Assembly (NCBI GenBank): GCA_029260965.1
Contig: JAJDCG010000002.1
Location: 190,707-246,801, forward strand
Direction of reading: 5' to 3'
Source of the DNA: Candidatus Levyibacteriota bacterium
GTDB lineage: Bacteria; Patescibacteriota; Microgenomatia; Levybacterales; UBA12049
Length of the DNA: 56,095 nucleotides
The translations under genes were made by a program, and so were the position numbers. Under the pieces are notes generated by a model. The model was not told the DNA's origin, did no database searches, and was given only the letters and a program-made list of their open reading frames with translations. Positions 10,366-19,933 of the stretch are shown piece after piece; the first letter of the stretch is position 1; the number at the start of each line of letters is the position of its first letter.

Positions 10366-10778
10366 GATTTACAAAGTCCAAAAAATTCCAGTCTGTGTCT
10401 TTTTATTAGCAATCCCTTTTTTTGATTAATTTCTTTCTCAATAGCTTCAATGTTGCAATCAGAAATATCTTCAATCGTGCCACAGTTGTCACAAATAAAA
10501 TGATGATGATCGATTTTGTCAGCAAGCTCATATCTAAATTTGTTTTCGTTTAGTTGAATTTGCTTTGTAAGCCCTTTTTGTGTAAATGTGTTTACGATTC
10601 TAAATACTGTTGCCGAATCTGCTTTTATTTTTTGTTTATGTAGATAAGTTTTAAGCATTTGCACATCTGCAGGCTTGTCAGTCTGCTCAAAATATCTCAT
10701 AGCTGCGATTCTCGCAGGCGTTGCTCTTAGTTCTGTTTCTTGAAGTTCTTCTTTGCAATTGTGTTGTCGTGTATTCAT
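10353..10778 (-). CDS. Fur family regulator (probably Zur-like)
   Basis: ATPAR, ATVFR, HHHFICDNCG and C-terminal CKSC; overlaps and is co-oriented with the ZIP gene. Confidence 0.9.
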   Translation of the reverse strand: MNTRQHNCKEELQETELRATPARIAAMRYFEQTDKPADVQMLKTYLHKQKIKADSATVFRIVNTFTQKGLTKQIQLNENKFRYELADKIDHHHFICDNCGTIEDISDCNIEAIEKEINQKKGLLIKRHRLEFFGLCKSCQR

Positions 10779-10791
10779 AGCTCAATTATAG

Positions 10792-10839
10792 ATGCAAGCG
10801 TATTGCATGTAGTATATGCGAGTAGTTCGCATTTGTCAA
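10792..10839 (-). promoter_or_regulatory. fur promoter(s) with two palindromic operator candidates
   Basis: ATGCAA-N5-TTGCAT (10792-10808) and ATGCGA-N5-TCGCAT (10816-10832); minus-strand TTGACA(10839-34)-17-TATACT(10816-11). Confidence 0.7.
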
Positions 10840-10892
10840 CTAGCAATTTTTATTAGGTATAAAATTGTTCTGGTATAATTAGATATATAATT

Positions 10893-12002
10893 ATGTTAAG
10901 AAAAGTTCTCTTATTTTTTATAATTTTCTTTTTATTTTTTGATTCAACTGTTTCTGTTTTGGCCCAGTCCCCTGCTCTTGAGCATGAGGAAAGGCTGGAA
11001 GGGGAAGTGGTTGCAGTATTGGAAGAAAAAACAATTATTGAAAATACTAGCAGCAGACCTTATCAAAAGCTTGAAATACTAGTTACAAGCAATGGCAAAA
11101 AGGGAGATAAAATCATAGTTGAAAATGGAAAAATTGAACAGATTGGCCTCAAAAAGTACAAAGTAGGAGATAAAATGATTATTACAGCAATTGATGACAA
11201 TGGTGAAAATCAATATTTTATAAATGATTCAATTAGGCGTGATCAAATATATCAGCTTTTTATAGTTTTCCTGGTCGCTGTTATTGTTGTTGGTGGGTTG
11301 AGAGGAGTTCTTGCACTTGTAGGTATGGTGATTACTTTTGCCGTGATTTTTCTTTTTATATTGCCACAAATTATTTCTGGGAAAGATCCAGTGCTTGTCT
11401 CAATATTAGCCTCGCTTTTTATAATTCCAATAACCTTTATTTTATCACATGGCGTCAGTAGGAAAACTTTTTCAGCGATGATCGGGACTGTGCTCGGACT
11501 TATAATTACAGGAGTATTTGCAACTATATTCGTTGACGCAGCACGACTCACTGGTTTTTCTTCAGAAGAAGCAAGCTTTCTCGCAAACATGAATAGTGGA
11601 TCTGTAAATATTCGTGGACTTCTTTTGGCTGGAATTATACTTGGCGCACTGGGTGTTTTGGATGATATAACAATTTCTCAGGCATCTGTAATACAAGAGA
11701 TTAAGAAAAGCTCCTCAAATCTTAGCCCTTTCCAGCTTTATAAAAAAGCTATGGTGGTTGGGCGAGATCATATTTCATCAATGGTCAATACACTTTTTTT
11801 AGTTTACACAGGTGCCTCTCTTCCCCTCCTGCTTTTATTTATAAATAGTACTGTTTCGTTTGAAACAGTAGTAAATTATGAGATAATAGCCGAAGAAATA
11901 ATAAGAACGCTTATTGCAAGCATTGGACTTATTGCTGCGGTTCCTATCACCACAGTGATAGCTAGTCTATTAATAGCAAAGGAAAGGAAGAAAATTAATT
12001 AA
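10893..12002 (+). CDS. YibE/F family membrane protein
   Basis: LGVLDDITISQAS, GRDHISSMVNTL, YTGASLPLLL. Confidence 0.9.
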   Translation: MLRKVLLFFIIFFLFFDSTVSVLAQSPALEHEERLEGEVVAVLEEKTIIENTSSRPYQKLEILVTSNGKKGDKIIVENGKIEQIGLKKYKVGDKMIITAIDDNGENQYFINDSIRRDQIYQLFIVFLVAVIVVGGLRGVLALVGMVITFAVIFLFILPQIISGKDPVLVSILASLFIIPITFILSHGVSRKTFSAMIGTVLGLIITGVFATIFVDAARLTGFSSEEASFLANMNSGSVNIRGLLLAGIILGALGVLDDITISQASVIQEIKKSSSNLSPFQLYKKAMVVGRDHISSMVNTLFLVYTGASLPLLLLFINSTVSFETVVNYEIIAEEIIRTLIASIGLIAAVPITTVIASLLIAKERKKIN

Positions 12003-12004
12003 TT

Positions 12005-12820
12005 ATGAATATATCAGTCTCGCTTCTCTTAACAGATGTGTTACCACACAAAAAACGTTTTCTGAACAGGTTTGTAAAGAGCAGAATTTTTGACAAATTA
12101 AGTCACTCGGAAATATTTTCTCAGTTAAAAAACGCTGGCGTAGATGGGGTTGAACTACTTCTTCCTGCTGATGCTTCATTCGATGATTTGGTTGAAGCTA
12201 GAAATTTACTGGAGAAGCACAATATAAAAGTTTTTAGCGTTCATCAAGCTCTTAGATTCATAACAAAAACAAAGCCAGAAGAGGTCGCAGAACTGTTTAC
12301 TGCTGCAGATATTTTTAAATCAAAGGTTGTTGTGCTTCATATGAATACAGTTGGCAGACAAATTTTCAAAAAAAACTACATTTCAACACTCAAGATGCTT
12401 GAAAAAAAACATAAAATAAAAATCGGTTTTGAGAATCGAGAAAAATTTTTTGCTTCACGTCTGAGTACTCATGGTTGGGATGAGATAAGGTTTCCATCTC
12501 TGATGGAAAAAGTGGGATTTAAGATGACTCTTGATACTTGTCATCTTGGTCAAACGGGAGGGGATATTATTAACTTTTTTAAAAAAAATAAAAAAAGAAT
12601 AGTAAATATTCACCTTAGCGATTACAGGGCTCATTATCTTAATAATAGTTTACGTCCGTTAAGGTTTAAACATTTGCCGCTTGGACATGGAGATTTACCT
12701 ATTAAAGAATTTATCAAGGTTTTAAAAACTGAAAAATATCAAGGTCTTCTTACTCTTGAGATTAACTCCGATCTGGATGAGATATTAAATAGCCTCAGAT
12801 TTATTAAAAATAGTAAATAG
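12005..12820 (+). CDS. Sugar phosphate isomerase/epimerase (xylose isomerase-like TIM barrel)
   Basis: GFEN, LDTCH, IHLSD, HLPLGHG, LTLE metal-ligand motifs. Confidence 0.85.
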   Translation: MNISVSLLLTDVLPHKKRFLNRFVKSRIFDKLSHSEIFSQLKNAGVDGVELLLPADASFDDLVEARNLLEKHNIKVFSVHQALRFITKTKPEEVAELFTAADIFKSKVVVLHMNTVGRQIFKKNYISTLKMLEKKHKIKIGFENREKFFASRLSTHGWDEIRFPSLMEKVGFKMTLDTCHLGQTGGDIINFFKKNKKRIVNIHLSDYRAHYLNNSLRPLRFKHLPLGHGDLPIKEFIKVLKTEKYQGLLTLEINSDLDEILNSLRFIKNSK

Positions 12821-12888
12821 GTAAATTGCTATTTTTAGCCTGAAATGATAAGATACTTATGCCTTGCAAGATGCGAGGTTATTTTTTT

Positions 12889-14703
12889 ATGGATATTCGC
12901 AATATAGCAATTATCGCACACGTTGATCATGGCAAGACCACATTGGTCGACGCACTTCTCAGACAGTCAGAAACAAAGCTGAACAAAGAAGTAGATGCAT
13001 CTGCAAGTTTAATCATGGATAGTAATGAGCTTGAACGGGAACGAGGAATAACAATTTTTTCCAAAAATGCATCTGTCATGTGGGGAAATACAAAAATAAA
13101 CATTATTGACACTCCTGGGCATGCAGACTTCGGAGGAGAAGTAGAGCGTGTTTTAACTATGGCTGATGGATGTCTTCTTTTAATTGATGCAAAAGAGGGC
13201 CCCATGCCTCAAACCAGATTTGTACTGAAGCATGCTTTGTCCAAGGGTTTAAAAATAATTGTTGTTGTCAATAAAATTGACAGGCCTGATGCGAGAATAA
13301 CTGAAGTTCTAGATAAGACTTTAGACTTATTTATAGATCTAGGTGCAGACGAGGAAACTGCTGACTTTCCTATTGTCTATGCTTCAGCCAAAGAGGGAAA
13401 AGCAGGGCTTGAATCTGATTTATCGAAAATGACCGATATTGTTCCTGTTTTTGAATCCATACTTAAACACACCCCATCCCCTCTTGGAGATCCTACTAGC
13501 TCGCTGCAAATGCTCGTGACCACTCTTTCCAAAGATACTCACAAAGGAAGGGTAGCAACAGGAAAAATTTATAACGGTACATTAAAGAAAAATCAGGAAG
13601 TAATATGGATAAATCGTAAAAACGAACACAAAAAACATAGACTTACATCTCTTATAACTTTTGTAGGGCTTGAGAAGCTTGAGGTTGAAGAGGCGCAGGC
13701 GGGTGACATAGTAGCTATTTCAGGTATTCCTGATATTACGATTGGTGAAACAATCACAGATGTTGACAACCCATCAGCGCTTCCTCTTCTAGCGATAGAG
13801 GAACCAACAGTAAGGATGATTTTTCAAGTAAATGATTCGCCTTTTGCAGGCCGTGAGGGTGAGTTCAAGACTTCTCGACAAATCGCTGAAAGACTTTATA
13901 AAGAGCTTGAGACAGATACTGCTCTGAGAGTTGAGGACACAGAGGATGGTAAGTGGTCTGTTTCAGGAAGAGGAGAATTACATTTGGCGATTTTAATCGA
14001 GAGATTGAGACGCGAGGGGTATGAGCTACAAGTTGGTAGGCCACAGGTAATTATTAAAGAAATAAATGGTGTAAAAATGGCTCCATTTGAACGGGTTTTT
14101 ATAGAAGTTCCCCAAGAACATTCTGGAGCAGTGATGCAAAAAATGGGTGCACGGCGCGCAACGTTGAATGATATGAAAACTGATGAGAATAATATTGTTT
14201 ATTTGAATTTTTTCATTCCTACAAGTGCATTTTTTGGGTATCGTTCAGAGTTTATCACAGACACAAGAGGGCTAGGAATAATTAATACTACATTTTATAA
14301 ATATGATGAAGATAAGGGTGAGGCAATAAGACGGGAGCATGGTTCGCTTGTTTCACATGAAACGGGAATGAGCAACCTCTATGGCATGTTAAACGCACAG
14401 GAACGTGGTACGCTTTTTATAGAACCAGCAGTACCTGTCTATAAAGGTCAAGTAATTGGAGAAAATGCGAGGTCAGAAGACATGAGTGTTAATGTCTGTA
14501 AAGCCAAACAGCTTTCAAATATGAGGTCAAAGGGAGATGGTAAAGCAGATCATTTTAACACGCCTCGCGTGATGTCTCTTGAGGATGCACTGGAGTATGT
14601 GTCAGATGATGAGTTGGTTGAAATAACTCCTCAAAATATACGGATTAGGAAAATTATACTTGATGAGATGATGGCCAAGAAAATGAAGGCTCAAGGAAAG
14701 TAG
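12889..14703 (+). CDS. typA: Translational GTPase TypA/BipA
   Basis: IRNIAIIAHVDHGKTT, DTPGHADFGGEVER, NKID, GRGELHLAILIE; start ATG 12889. Confidence 0.97.
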   Translation: MDIRNIAIIAHVDHGKTTLVDALLRQSETKLNKEVDASASLIMDSNELERERGITIFSKNASVMWGNTKINIIDTPGHADFGGEVERVLTMADGCLLLIDAKEGPMPQTRFVLKHALSKGLKIIVVVNKIDRPDARITEVLDKTLDLFIDLGADEETADFPIVYASAKEGKAGLESDLSKMTDIVPVFESILKHTPSPLGDPTSSLQMLVTTLSKDTHKGRVATGKIYNGTLKKNQEVIWINRKNEHKKHRLTSLITFVGLEKLEVEEAQAGDIVAISGIPDITIGETITDVDNPSALPLLAIEEPTVRMIFQVNDSPFAGREGEFKTSRQIAERLYKELETDTALRVEDTEDGKWSVSGRGELHLAILIERLRREGYELQVGRPQVIIKEINGVKMAPFERVFIEVPQEHSGAVMQKMGARRATLNDMKTDENNIVYLNFFIPTSAFFGYRSEFITDTRGLGIINTTFYKYDEDKGEAIRREHGSLVSHETGMSNLYGMLNAQERGTLFIEPAVPVYKGQVIGENARSEDMSVNVCKAKQLSNMRSKGDGKADHFNTPRVMSLEDALEYVSDDELVEITPQNIRIRKIILDEMMAKKMKAQGK

Positions 14704-14767
14704 CCTTACTCCAGAGTAAGCACAATGTATTGTGTATAATTACTTAAAATTTCCCATTTCACTTTTC

Positions 14768-15391
14768 TTAGTCAGGGCACAAATTACCCAGTGGGCAGTC
14801 TACGCATTTGTGAAGCCGGGCTGGGCAATAATCCCGCCCAAAATTTATCAATAAATTTGAAAAATCAATCCAGTTATTTTTTGGAACTATCTTCATCAGA
14901 TCTTGCTCGATTCTTACTGGATCTTTTTGTTTGGTTAGGCCCAGTTTGCCCGAAAGCCTCATGACGTGTGTGTCAACCACAATTCCTTCCGCCTTACCAA
15001 ACGCGTTCCCAAGAACCACATTGGCTGTTTTCCTGGCAACACCAGGTAGTGAATCAAGATCTTTCATATTGTCAGGAATTTTTCCAGCAAAAGTGTTCAC
15101 AATCATATCTGATGCAGCCTTAATAGACCGTGATTTGTTCACATGGAAGTTAACACGTTTTATCATCTGATCTATATCATCCACAGATGCTGAAGCAAAA
15201 TCAGTTGGGGTTTTGTATTTTTTAAATAGATCAGGTGTGACAGTGTTGACTGTTTTGTCAGTTGTTTGAGCAGAAAGTATGGTTGCGATGAGAAGTTCAA
15301 ATGAATTGCTGAATTTTAGAGCAGTTTTTGGATGAAGATAAAACTTTTTAAGTCTTTTAATAACCTCTTTTGCTTTATTTTCTCTTGTCAT
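14768..15391 (-). CDS. nth: Endonuclease III
   Basis: LSAQTTD, LPGVARKTANVVL HhH, VDTH, C-X6-C-X2-C-X5-C Fe-S motif. Confidence 0.95.
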   Translation of the reverse strand: MTRENKAKEVIKRLKKFYLHPKTALKFSNSFELLIATILSAQTTDKTVNTVTPDLFKKYKTPTDFASASVDDIDQMIKRVNFHVNKSRSIKAASDMIVNTFAGKIPDNMKDLDSLPGVARKTANVVLGNAFGKAEGIVVDTHVMRLSGKLGLTKQKDPVRIEQDLMKIVPKNNWIDFSNLLINFGRDYCPARLHKCVDCPLGNLCPD

Positions 15392-15509
15392 AGCTAATTT
15401 TCTCTAAATGCAAATTAACATATATTTTTAATAGAAGTACCAGATCAGGCAATTTGTATTATTTTCGTAAAATTTTTACCATCATATTAGCACCTGTAGG
15501 TATTGTATG

Positions 15510-16166
15510 CTAATTTTGATTCAATTCAGCTTCAATTATGGTTTTGAATTGATCATACGGAAGCCCTCCTGCTTGCCTCTTGCCATTAATAAAAAAAGTC
15601 GGAGTAGAGCGAACGCCAGCAGCGTTACCATCTGCGATATCTGAGTTTATTCTCTCGCTAAGAGATTTGTTTTTAGCATCGGCATTAAATTTTTCTACAT
15701 TCAGTTGTAGTTTTTCAGCATAACTTACGAATATATCTTTTGCATTTTTTTTGTCGGACCATTCTGCTTGATTGGCAAAAAGCATATCATGCATTTCGAA
15801 AAATTTTCCTTGCTCTCCTGCTGCCTCTGCTGCCAGTGCAGCATCGAATGCATTGGGGTGGATTGATGAAAGAGGATAGTTCCTATAAACAAACTGCATT
15901 CTATCACCGTAATCATCTTTTAATTTTTTTACTGTTGGGTGTGCTGCTTTGCAAGCGGGACATTGGAAATCACCAAATTCAACAAGAGTTATCTCTGCGC
16001 TTGCTGACCCTGTTTTGTGACTATCATTTTTGATGAGCAAATTTTCGTCAACGGTCTCTGATACCTCAGGTGTGCTCTGTTTATTTCCAATAAAAAAAAT
16101 AGCTCCTACTATTATGAGTACTGTGGCAATTCCGATACCAATTAAAACTTTGATTTCTTGGTTCAT
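15510..16166 (-). CDS. DsbA-family thiol:disulfide oxidoreductase, membrane anchored
   Basis: EFGDFQCPAC and GVRSTPTFFING. Confidence 0.92.
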   Translation of the reverse strand: MNQEIKVLIGIGIATVLIIVGAIFFIGNKQSTPEVSETVDENLLIKNDSHKTGSASAEITLVEFGDFQCPACKAAHPTVKKLKDDYGDRMQFVYRNYPLSSIHPNAFDAALAAEAAGEQGKFFEMHDMLFANQAEWSDKKNAKDIFVSYAEKLQLNVEKFNADAKNKSLSERINSDIADGNAAGVRSTPTFFINGKRQAGGLPYDQFKTIIEAELNQN

Positions 16167-16253
16167 GGAATTATACTAGCATTTTGTTGGTATTGCTGCA
16201 ACAATTAGCTTTTTATTGTTAAGTTTAAGTTGCAGGTGTAAATTTATTTTCAC

Positions 16254-16299
16254 AAAAAACCTCCTGAACTTTTCCCAAAAACAAAAGTCCAAGAGGTTT
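16254..16299 (-). terminator. Intrinsic terminator
   Basis: AAACCTCTTGGACTTTT pairs with AAAAGTTCAGGAGGTTT using 2 G-U wobbles that work only on the minus strand; U-tract follows. Confidence 0.75.
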
Positions 16300-16382
16300 A
16301 TCTTCCTGAAAAATGATTCGGACAGTAAATCACTTCACCCATCATCCCGCATATTTTATTTAAAATAATGCCGAATAAGGTT
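16254..16382 (-). ncRNA. Candidate structured RNA (sRNA or orphan riboswitch-like leader)
   Basis: TTGACA(16417-12)-17-TAGCAT(16394-89) promoter, a three-way-junction fold and a terminator; family not recognised. Confidence 0.5.
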
Positions 16383-16442
16383 AATAACATGCTAAGTTAC
16401 GACATAATTTTTGTCAATTGATGCAAAGAGAATTAAACTATA

Positions 16443-17291
16443 TCAAATTGTAGAAAAAGTAATTTTTAGTCCTACGTGGTCGGATAAATAAACCAATTTG
16501 CTTTTTTTGATGATATATCTACCTGTAAATATATGTGAACGGTTAGTAATTTGAATTCTTGATTCATTTGAACTAATAAAAATATAATCTAATCTTCTCG
16601 CCTTTTTAGGTTTAGGTAAAAAAAATTGATGCATTGTTGGTGATTCATGTTTGGCGAATGTGTCAATGAGATCACCAGATTTAATAAAGGTTTTATAAAG
16701 TGTAGATTTTTTATCTAGGTTAAAGTCTCCAGTTAAGATCGTAAATCTACTCTCATTAGATAAGTTTTTAATTAGTTTTAAGATTTGAACCAGTTGAGAT
16801 TTTATATATTTATAAAATCTATTTTTATTCCCCCAGTCAAAGTCAGAGTTTTGAGTTAGATGTGTATTTAAAATAAAAAAATTCATATTCGTTGTTTTTG
16901 CAAAAAGAACACCACTCCTTCTCAAAATTGCAACAATTGATGAGTTGAAGACAGTTCCTCTATCTTGGAAATTTTGATAAATTGGTTTTTCCAAAGGGAT
17001 TTTAGATAGGATTACCAGTCCACCACGTGGACCTAGAATCGAGCGTACATAACAACTGTATTTATACCTCGTAAGTCTTGATTTAATTGCTGTTAAGAAT
17101 TTATAGGTATGCACCTCCTGGAGGGAGATGATGTCAGCATTCTCTTTCAATAACACGTCAGATATTTTTTTACCTCGTTCTATTGAGTCCCAAGACATTA
17201 AAAAACCTTTGAATGAATCAAAATTGAAAAGCCCCATGGTATTGAGGCTTGTGATTGTAATTTCATTTTTTTTATTTGTTGTTTTGTTCAT
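16443..17291 (-). CDS. Endonuclease/exonuclease/phosphatase (EEP) family protein
   Basis: DIISLQEV, NTHL, GDFN, RLDYIF, LSDH. Confidence 0.9.
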   Translation of the reverse strand: MNKTTNKKNEITITSLNTMGLFNFDSFKGFLMSWDSIERGKKISDVLLKENADIISLQEVHTYKFLTAIKSRLTRYKYSCYVRSILGPRGGLVILSKIPLEKPIYQNFQDRGTVFNSSIVAILRRSGVLFAKTTNMNFFILNTHLTQNSDFDWGNKNRFYKYIKSQLVQILKLIKNLSNESRFTILTGDFNLDKKSTLYKTFIKSGDLIDTFAKHESPTMHQFFLPKPKKARRLDYIFISSNESRIQITNRSHIFTGRYIIKKSKLVYLSDHVGLKITFSTI

Positions 17292-17362
17292 CTTTCTTTA
17301 ATCATTCGCTTGAAAATTTAACCAGAACATTATAACATATAAAACATAAAGCCTCTTTATAA

Positions 17363-18331
17363 ATGAAAAAAATATTTCTTTATACCTTTTTTGTTATTCT
17401 TATTTCTATATTTTTTGCAGTCTCTTTATGGTATTTATTTCCGAGAAGTAGAATTGTTAATTCGGAATCTGTATCCCCTCTTCCAGATTTTTTGACTATG
17501 AGCAAAAATAATCAGGTCAGATTTCTCGACATCTGGTTTCCTGCATTGGCTAGAGGAAATAGTAATGCCTCAGTTGCGGGACTCACTGCTAAATCTGCAT
17601 TAATTTACGACCTGACTACAGACAGGGTAATTTTTGAAAAAGATGCAAACAAGAGGTATCCAATGGCATCGCTTACGAAAATAATGACAGCAATTGTTAC
17701 TTTGGAAAATCCAAAGTATGACGACAGATATGTCGTAAGTGTAGAGGATTTAGTTGGAGAAGATAGTATGGGAATTGGTACGGGTGAGATTTTTACCCAG
17801 GAAGAGTTGCTGTATGGACTTTTATTGCCATCTGGCAATGATACTGCTGAAACGCTGGCAAACAACTTTCCTACAGGTAGAAACGGCTTTATTGATGCGA
17901 TGAATGATAAGGCTCGTTCTTTGGGGCTTACAGATACTTACTTCACAAATCCTTCAGGTTTACAGGGTGATGGTGAGCAGTACACTACAGCATATAATCT
18001 TTTGGTAATTACCAGGTATGCATTGGAGAATTTTCCCCTTTTTGCAAAAATTGTATCAACACCACAGTATATAATTCCAGTAACTGAAACTCATGAATCA
18101 TATTTGCTGACAAATGCAACAAATTTGCTTACAACCTATGCTGGAGTGAAGGGTGTAAAAACAGGTTATACACCCGAGGCTGGCTTATGTCTGGTCACCT
18201 ATATCGATTACGGTGGGCACAAGATGATAGGGATTATCCTCAATAGTGAGAACAGGAGAGATGAAATGCGTGCACTTCTTGATTATGCTCTCCGCTCACT
18301 CAACATCGAGCCACCTGAATATAAAGGATAG
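17363..18331 (+). CDS. D-alanyl-D-alanine carboxypeptidase (peptidase S11)
   Basis: ASLTK (SxxK), SGN and KTG motifs; N-terminal TM. Confidence 0.92.
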   Translation: MKKIFLYTFFVILISIFFAVSLWYLFPRSRIVNSESVSPLPDFLTMSKNNQVRFLDIWFPALARGNSNASVAGLTAKSALIYDLTTDRVIFEKDANKRYPMASLTKIMTAIVTLENPKYDDRYVVSVEDLVGEDSMGIGTGEIFTQEELLYGLLLPSGNDTAETLANNFPTGRNGFIDAMNDKARSLGLTDTYFTNPSGLQGDGEQYTTAYNLLVITRYALENFPLFAKIVSTPQYIIPVTETHESYLLTNATNLLTTYAGVKGVKTGYTPEAGLCLVTYIDYGGHKMIGIILNSENRRDEMRALLDYALRSLNIEPPEYKG

Positions 18332-18456
18332 GTGGGTATTGCCCTTAGTTGATGTTTTCAGAATTAGATCATCTGATAGTAATATTTTGATATTTCTGGA
18401 GCAAGCGTAGTTAACTACACCATTATTTCTGTTGTTTTTTGATATATAATTACCTT

Positions 18457-19563
18457 ATGTCGCAAAAAGATGGTGTAGAAGCTAAAGAACAACGCGACCA
18501 TCTTCCAGTTTATCCTGAAACACTTCAAAAAATGGTTGTGTTTGTTAGAAATAATGGAGGTAGAGTCAGGTTTGATAGGTACATGAATGAAAGCTTGTTT
18601 GGAGAAGAAGGATTTTACTCCAATAGGGTCAAAATTGCGTTCGGAGGAGATTTTGCTACGAATGCACTAGATTCACAATTTGCTGAGTTAATCTCAGATC
18701 ATGTTACTGCTCTTGGATCCTCAGGTAATACATTTATTGAAATAGGAGGTGGAGATGGTACTTTTAAAAGAAATTTTTTAGGGTTAAATCCTGAAGTTAA
18801 TTACGTTTCTGTTGAAGCCTCTCCTAAGCTAGCTGCATTGCAGCAAAGCGTTGATGGAAAATCAACTATAAGATCATCAGTTACTTCGTTACCTTTCCCA
18901 ACCTCGTCTGTTGAGGGAACGATTTTTGGCAATGAGTTGTTGGATGCACTTCCATGCAGAGTTTTTAAGCTTTATACGCAAGATGATGGTCGCATAGAAG
19001 TTGTGAGTGAAGGAGTGGTGACAACAAGTTCAGATAATGAATCATTAAAATTAAACTTTGAGGATATAGAAAAAGATGAGTTTGTAATTGAATATGAGGA
19101 ATTTTTAAATGCATATGGCAGACAGGTGGAGCAGCAGGGAGAGGTAGTTTCAGTATCCCCACATTTTAGAAAACTATTAACAGAATTAGATCGAGTTTTA
19201 AATAAGGGTATGATAGTGTTAATCGATTATGGATTCCATGAAAACTATGTAACAATGATGGGAAAGGATAATCAAGAATTGCCATATTTTAAAGGACAGA
19301 GGGGAATATATGGGATTGATAAAATTTTAGAAAGACCATATGAAACAGATATAACATATGCCATAGATTTCAAGTATCTTAAATGGCTTGCAAAAAGAGT
19401 TAACCCTAAAACAATTGTTAGTTTTCGGCCTCAACATTACTTATTTAGAGAAGTTAGGTCCAAGAGTGGAAAAGAATACAATGATAAATGGATGCAACCA
19501 ATACCTAATGTTAGATTTGGTGTACTTGAAATAGGAAAGTTAAATCAACAGGAGAATGTGTAA
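18457..19563 (+). CDS. SAM-dependent methyltransferase, MidA/NDUFAF7 family
   Basis: FDRYM, GDFAT, EIGGGDG, NELLDALP, IDYG, DITY; start ATG 18457. Confidence 0.85.
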   Translation: MSQKDGVEAKEQRDHLPVYPETLQKMVVFVRNNGGRVRFDRYMNESLFGEEGFYSNRVKIAFGGDFATNALDSQFAELISDHVTALGSSGNTFIEIGGGDGTFKRNFLGLNPEVNYVSVEASPKLAALQQSVDGKSTIRSSVTSLPFPTSSVEGTIFGNELLDALPCRVFKLYTQDDGRIEVVSEGVVTTSSDNESLKLNFEDIEKDEFVIEYEEFLNAYGRQVEQQGEVVSVSPHFRKLLTELDRVLNKGMIVLIDYGFHENYVTMMGKDNQELPYFKGQRGIYGIDKILERPYETDITYAIDFKYLKWLAKRVNPKTIVSFRPQHYLFREVRSKSGKEYNDKWMQPIPNVRFGVLEIGKLNQQENV

Positions 19564-19615
19564 ATCCAATTTGGTATATTATTTATCTTGACATATCACC
19601 CCAATCGCTAATGTG

Positions 19616-19688
19616 TCGGGGAGACAGGATTCGAACCTGCGACCTCACGGTCCCAAACCGCGCGCGCTACCAACTGCGCCACTCCCCG
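19616..19688 (-). tRNA. tRNA-Pro(TGG)
   Basis: CGGGGAGTGGCGCAG...TT-TGG-GA...GGTTCGAATCC...CCCCGA cloverleaf. Confidence 0.95.
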
Positions 19689-19711
19689 CTTCGTCGCTGA
19701 GTTTCTCAGCG
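19687..19711. repeat. REP-like hairpin abutting the tRNA-Pro 5' end
   Basis: Minus strand CGCTGAG-AAA-CTCAGCG-ACGAAGCG; shares the NNNTGAG...GAAGNG frame of the copy at 19934. Confidence 0.45.
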
Positions 19712-19719
19712 TTAACTAT

Positions 19720-19868
19720 TTATTAATATCTGTTTTCTTTCTCTATCCTTTAGTTTCATTTTCTCTTTTATATACTAGTTTAACAGGTTGTTTATTTTTC
19801 GTTTAAGGCGTATAGCCTAATTTGTACCTCAATAAAGATTTTAATCTCACTTGTAAACATACATAATA
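19720..19868 (-). pseudogene. Decayed small GIY-YIG nuclease (UPF0213-like)
   Basis: Fragments YYV..LQ, NKQPVKLVYK (PVKLVYK at 19787-19767) and ERKQI lie in family order but are broken by frameshifts and stops. Confidence 0.45.
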
Positions 19869-19933
19869 ATTATCTATAGATTCTAGGATATTTTACCTAA
19901 AGAATCCTTATTTAGATTCTAATATATAGCTTG

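Noticed and set aside
16300-16352. Glycine riboswitch
   Set aside because: Has GCGGGA, CCGAA and UUUCAGG but lacks the GGAGA and CCGAAG core; kept only as an unknown RNA candidate
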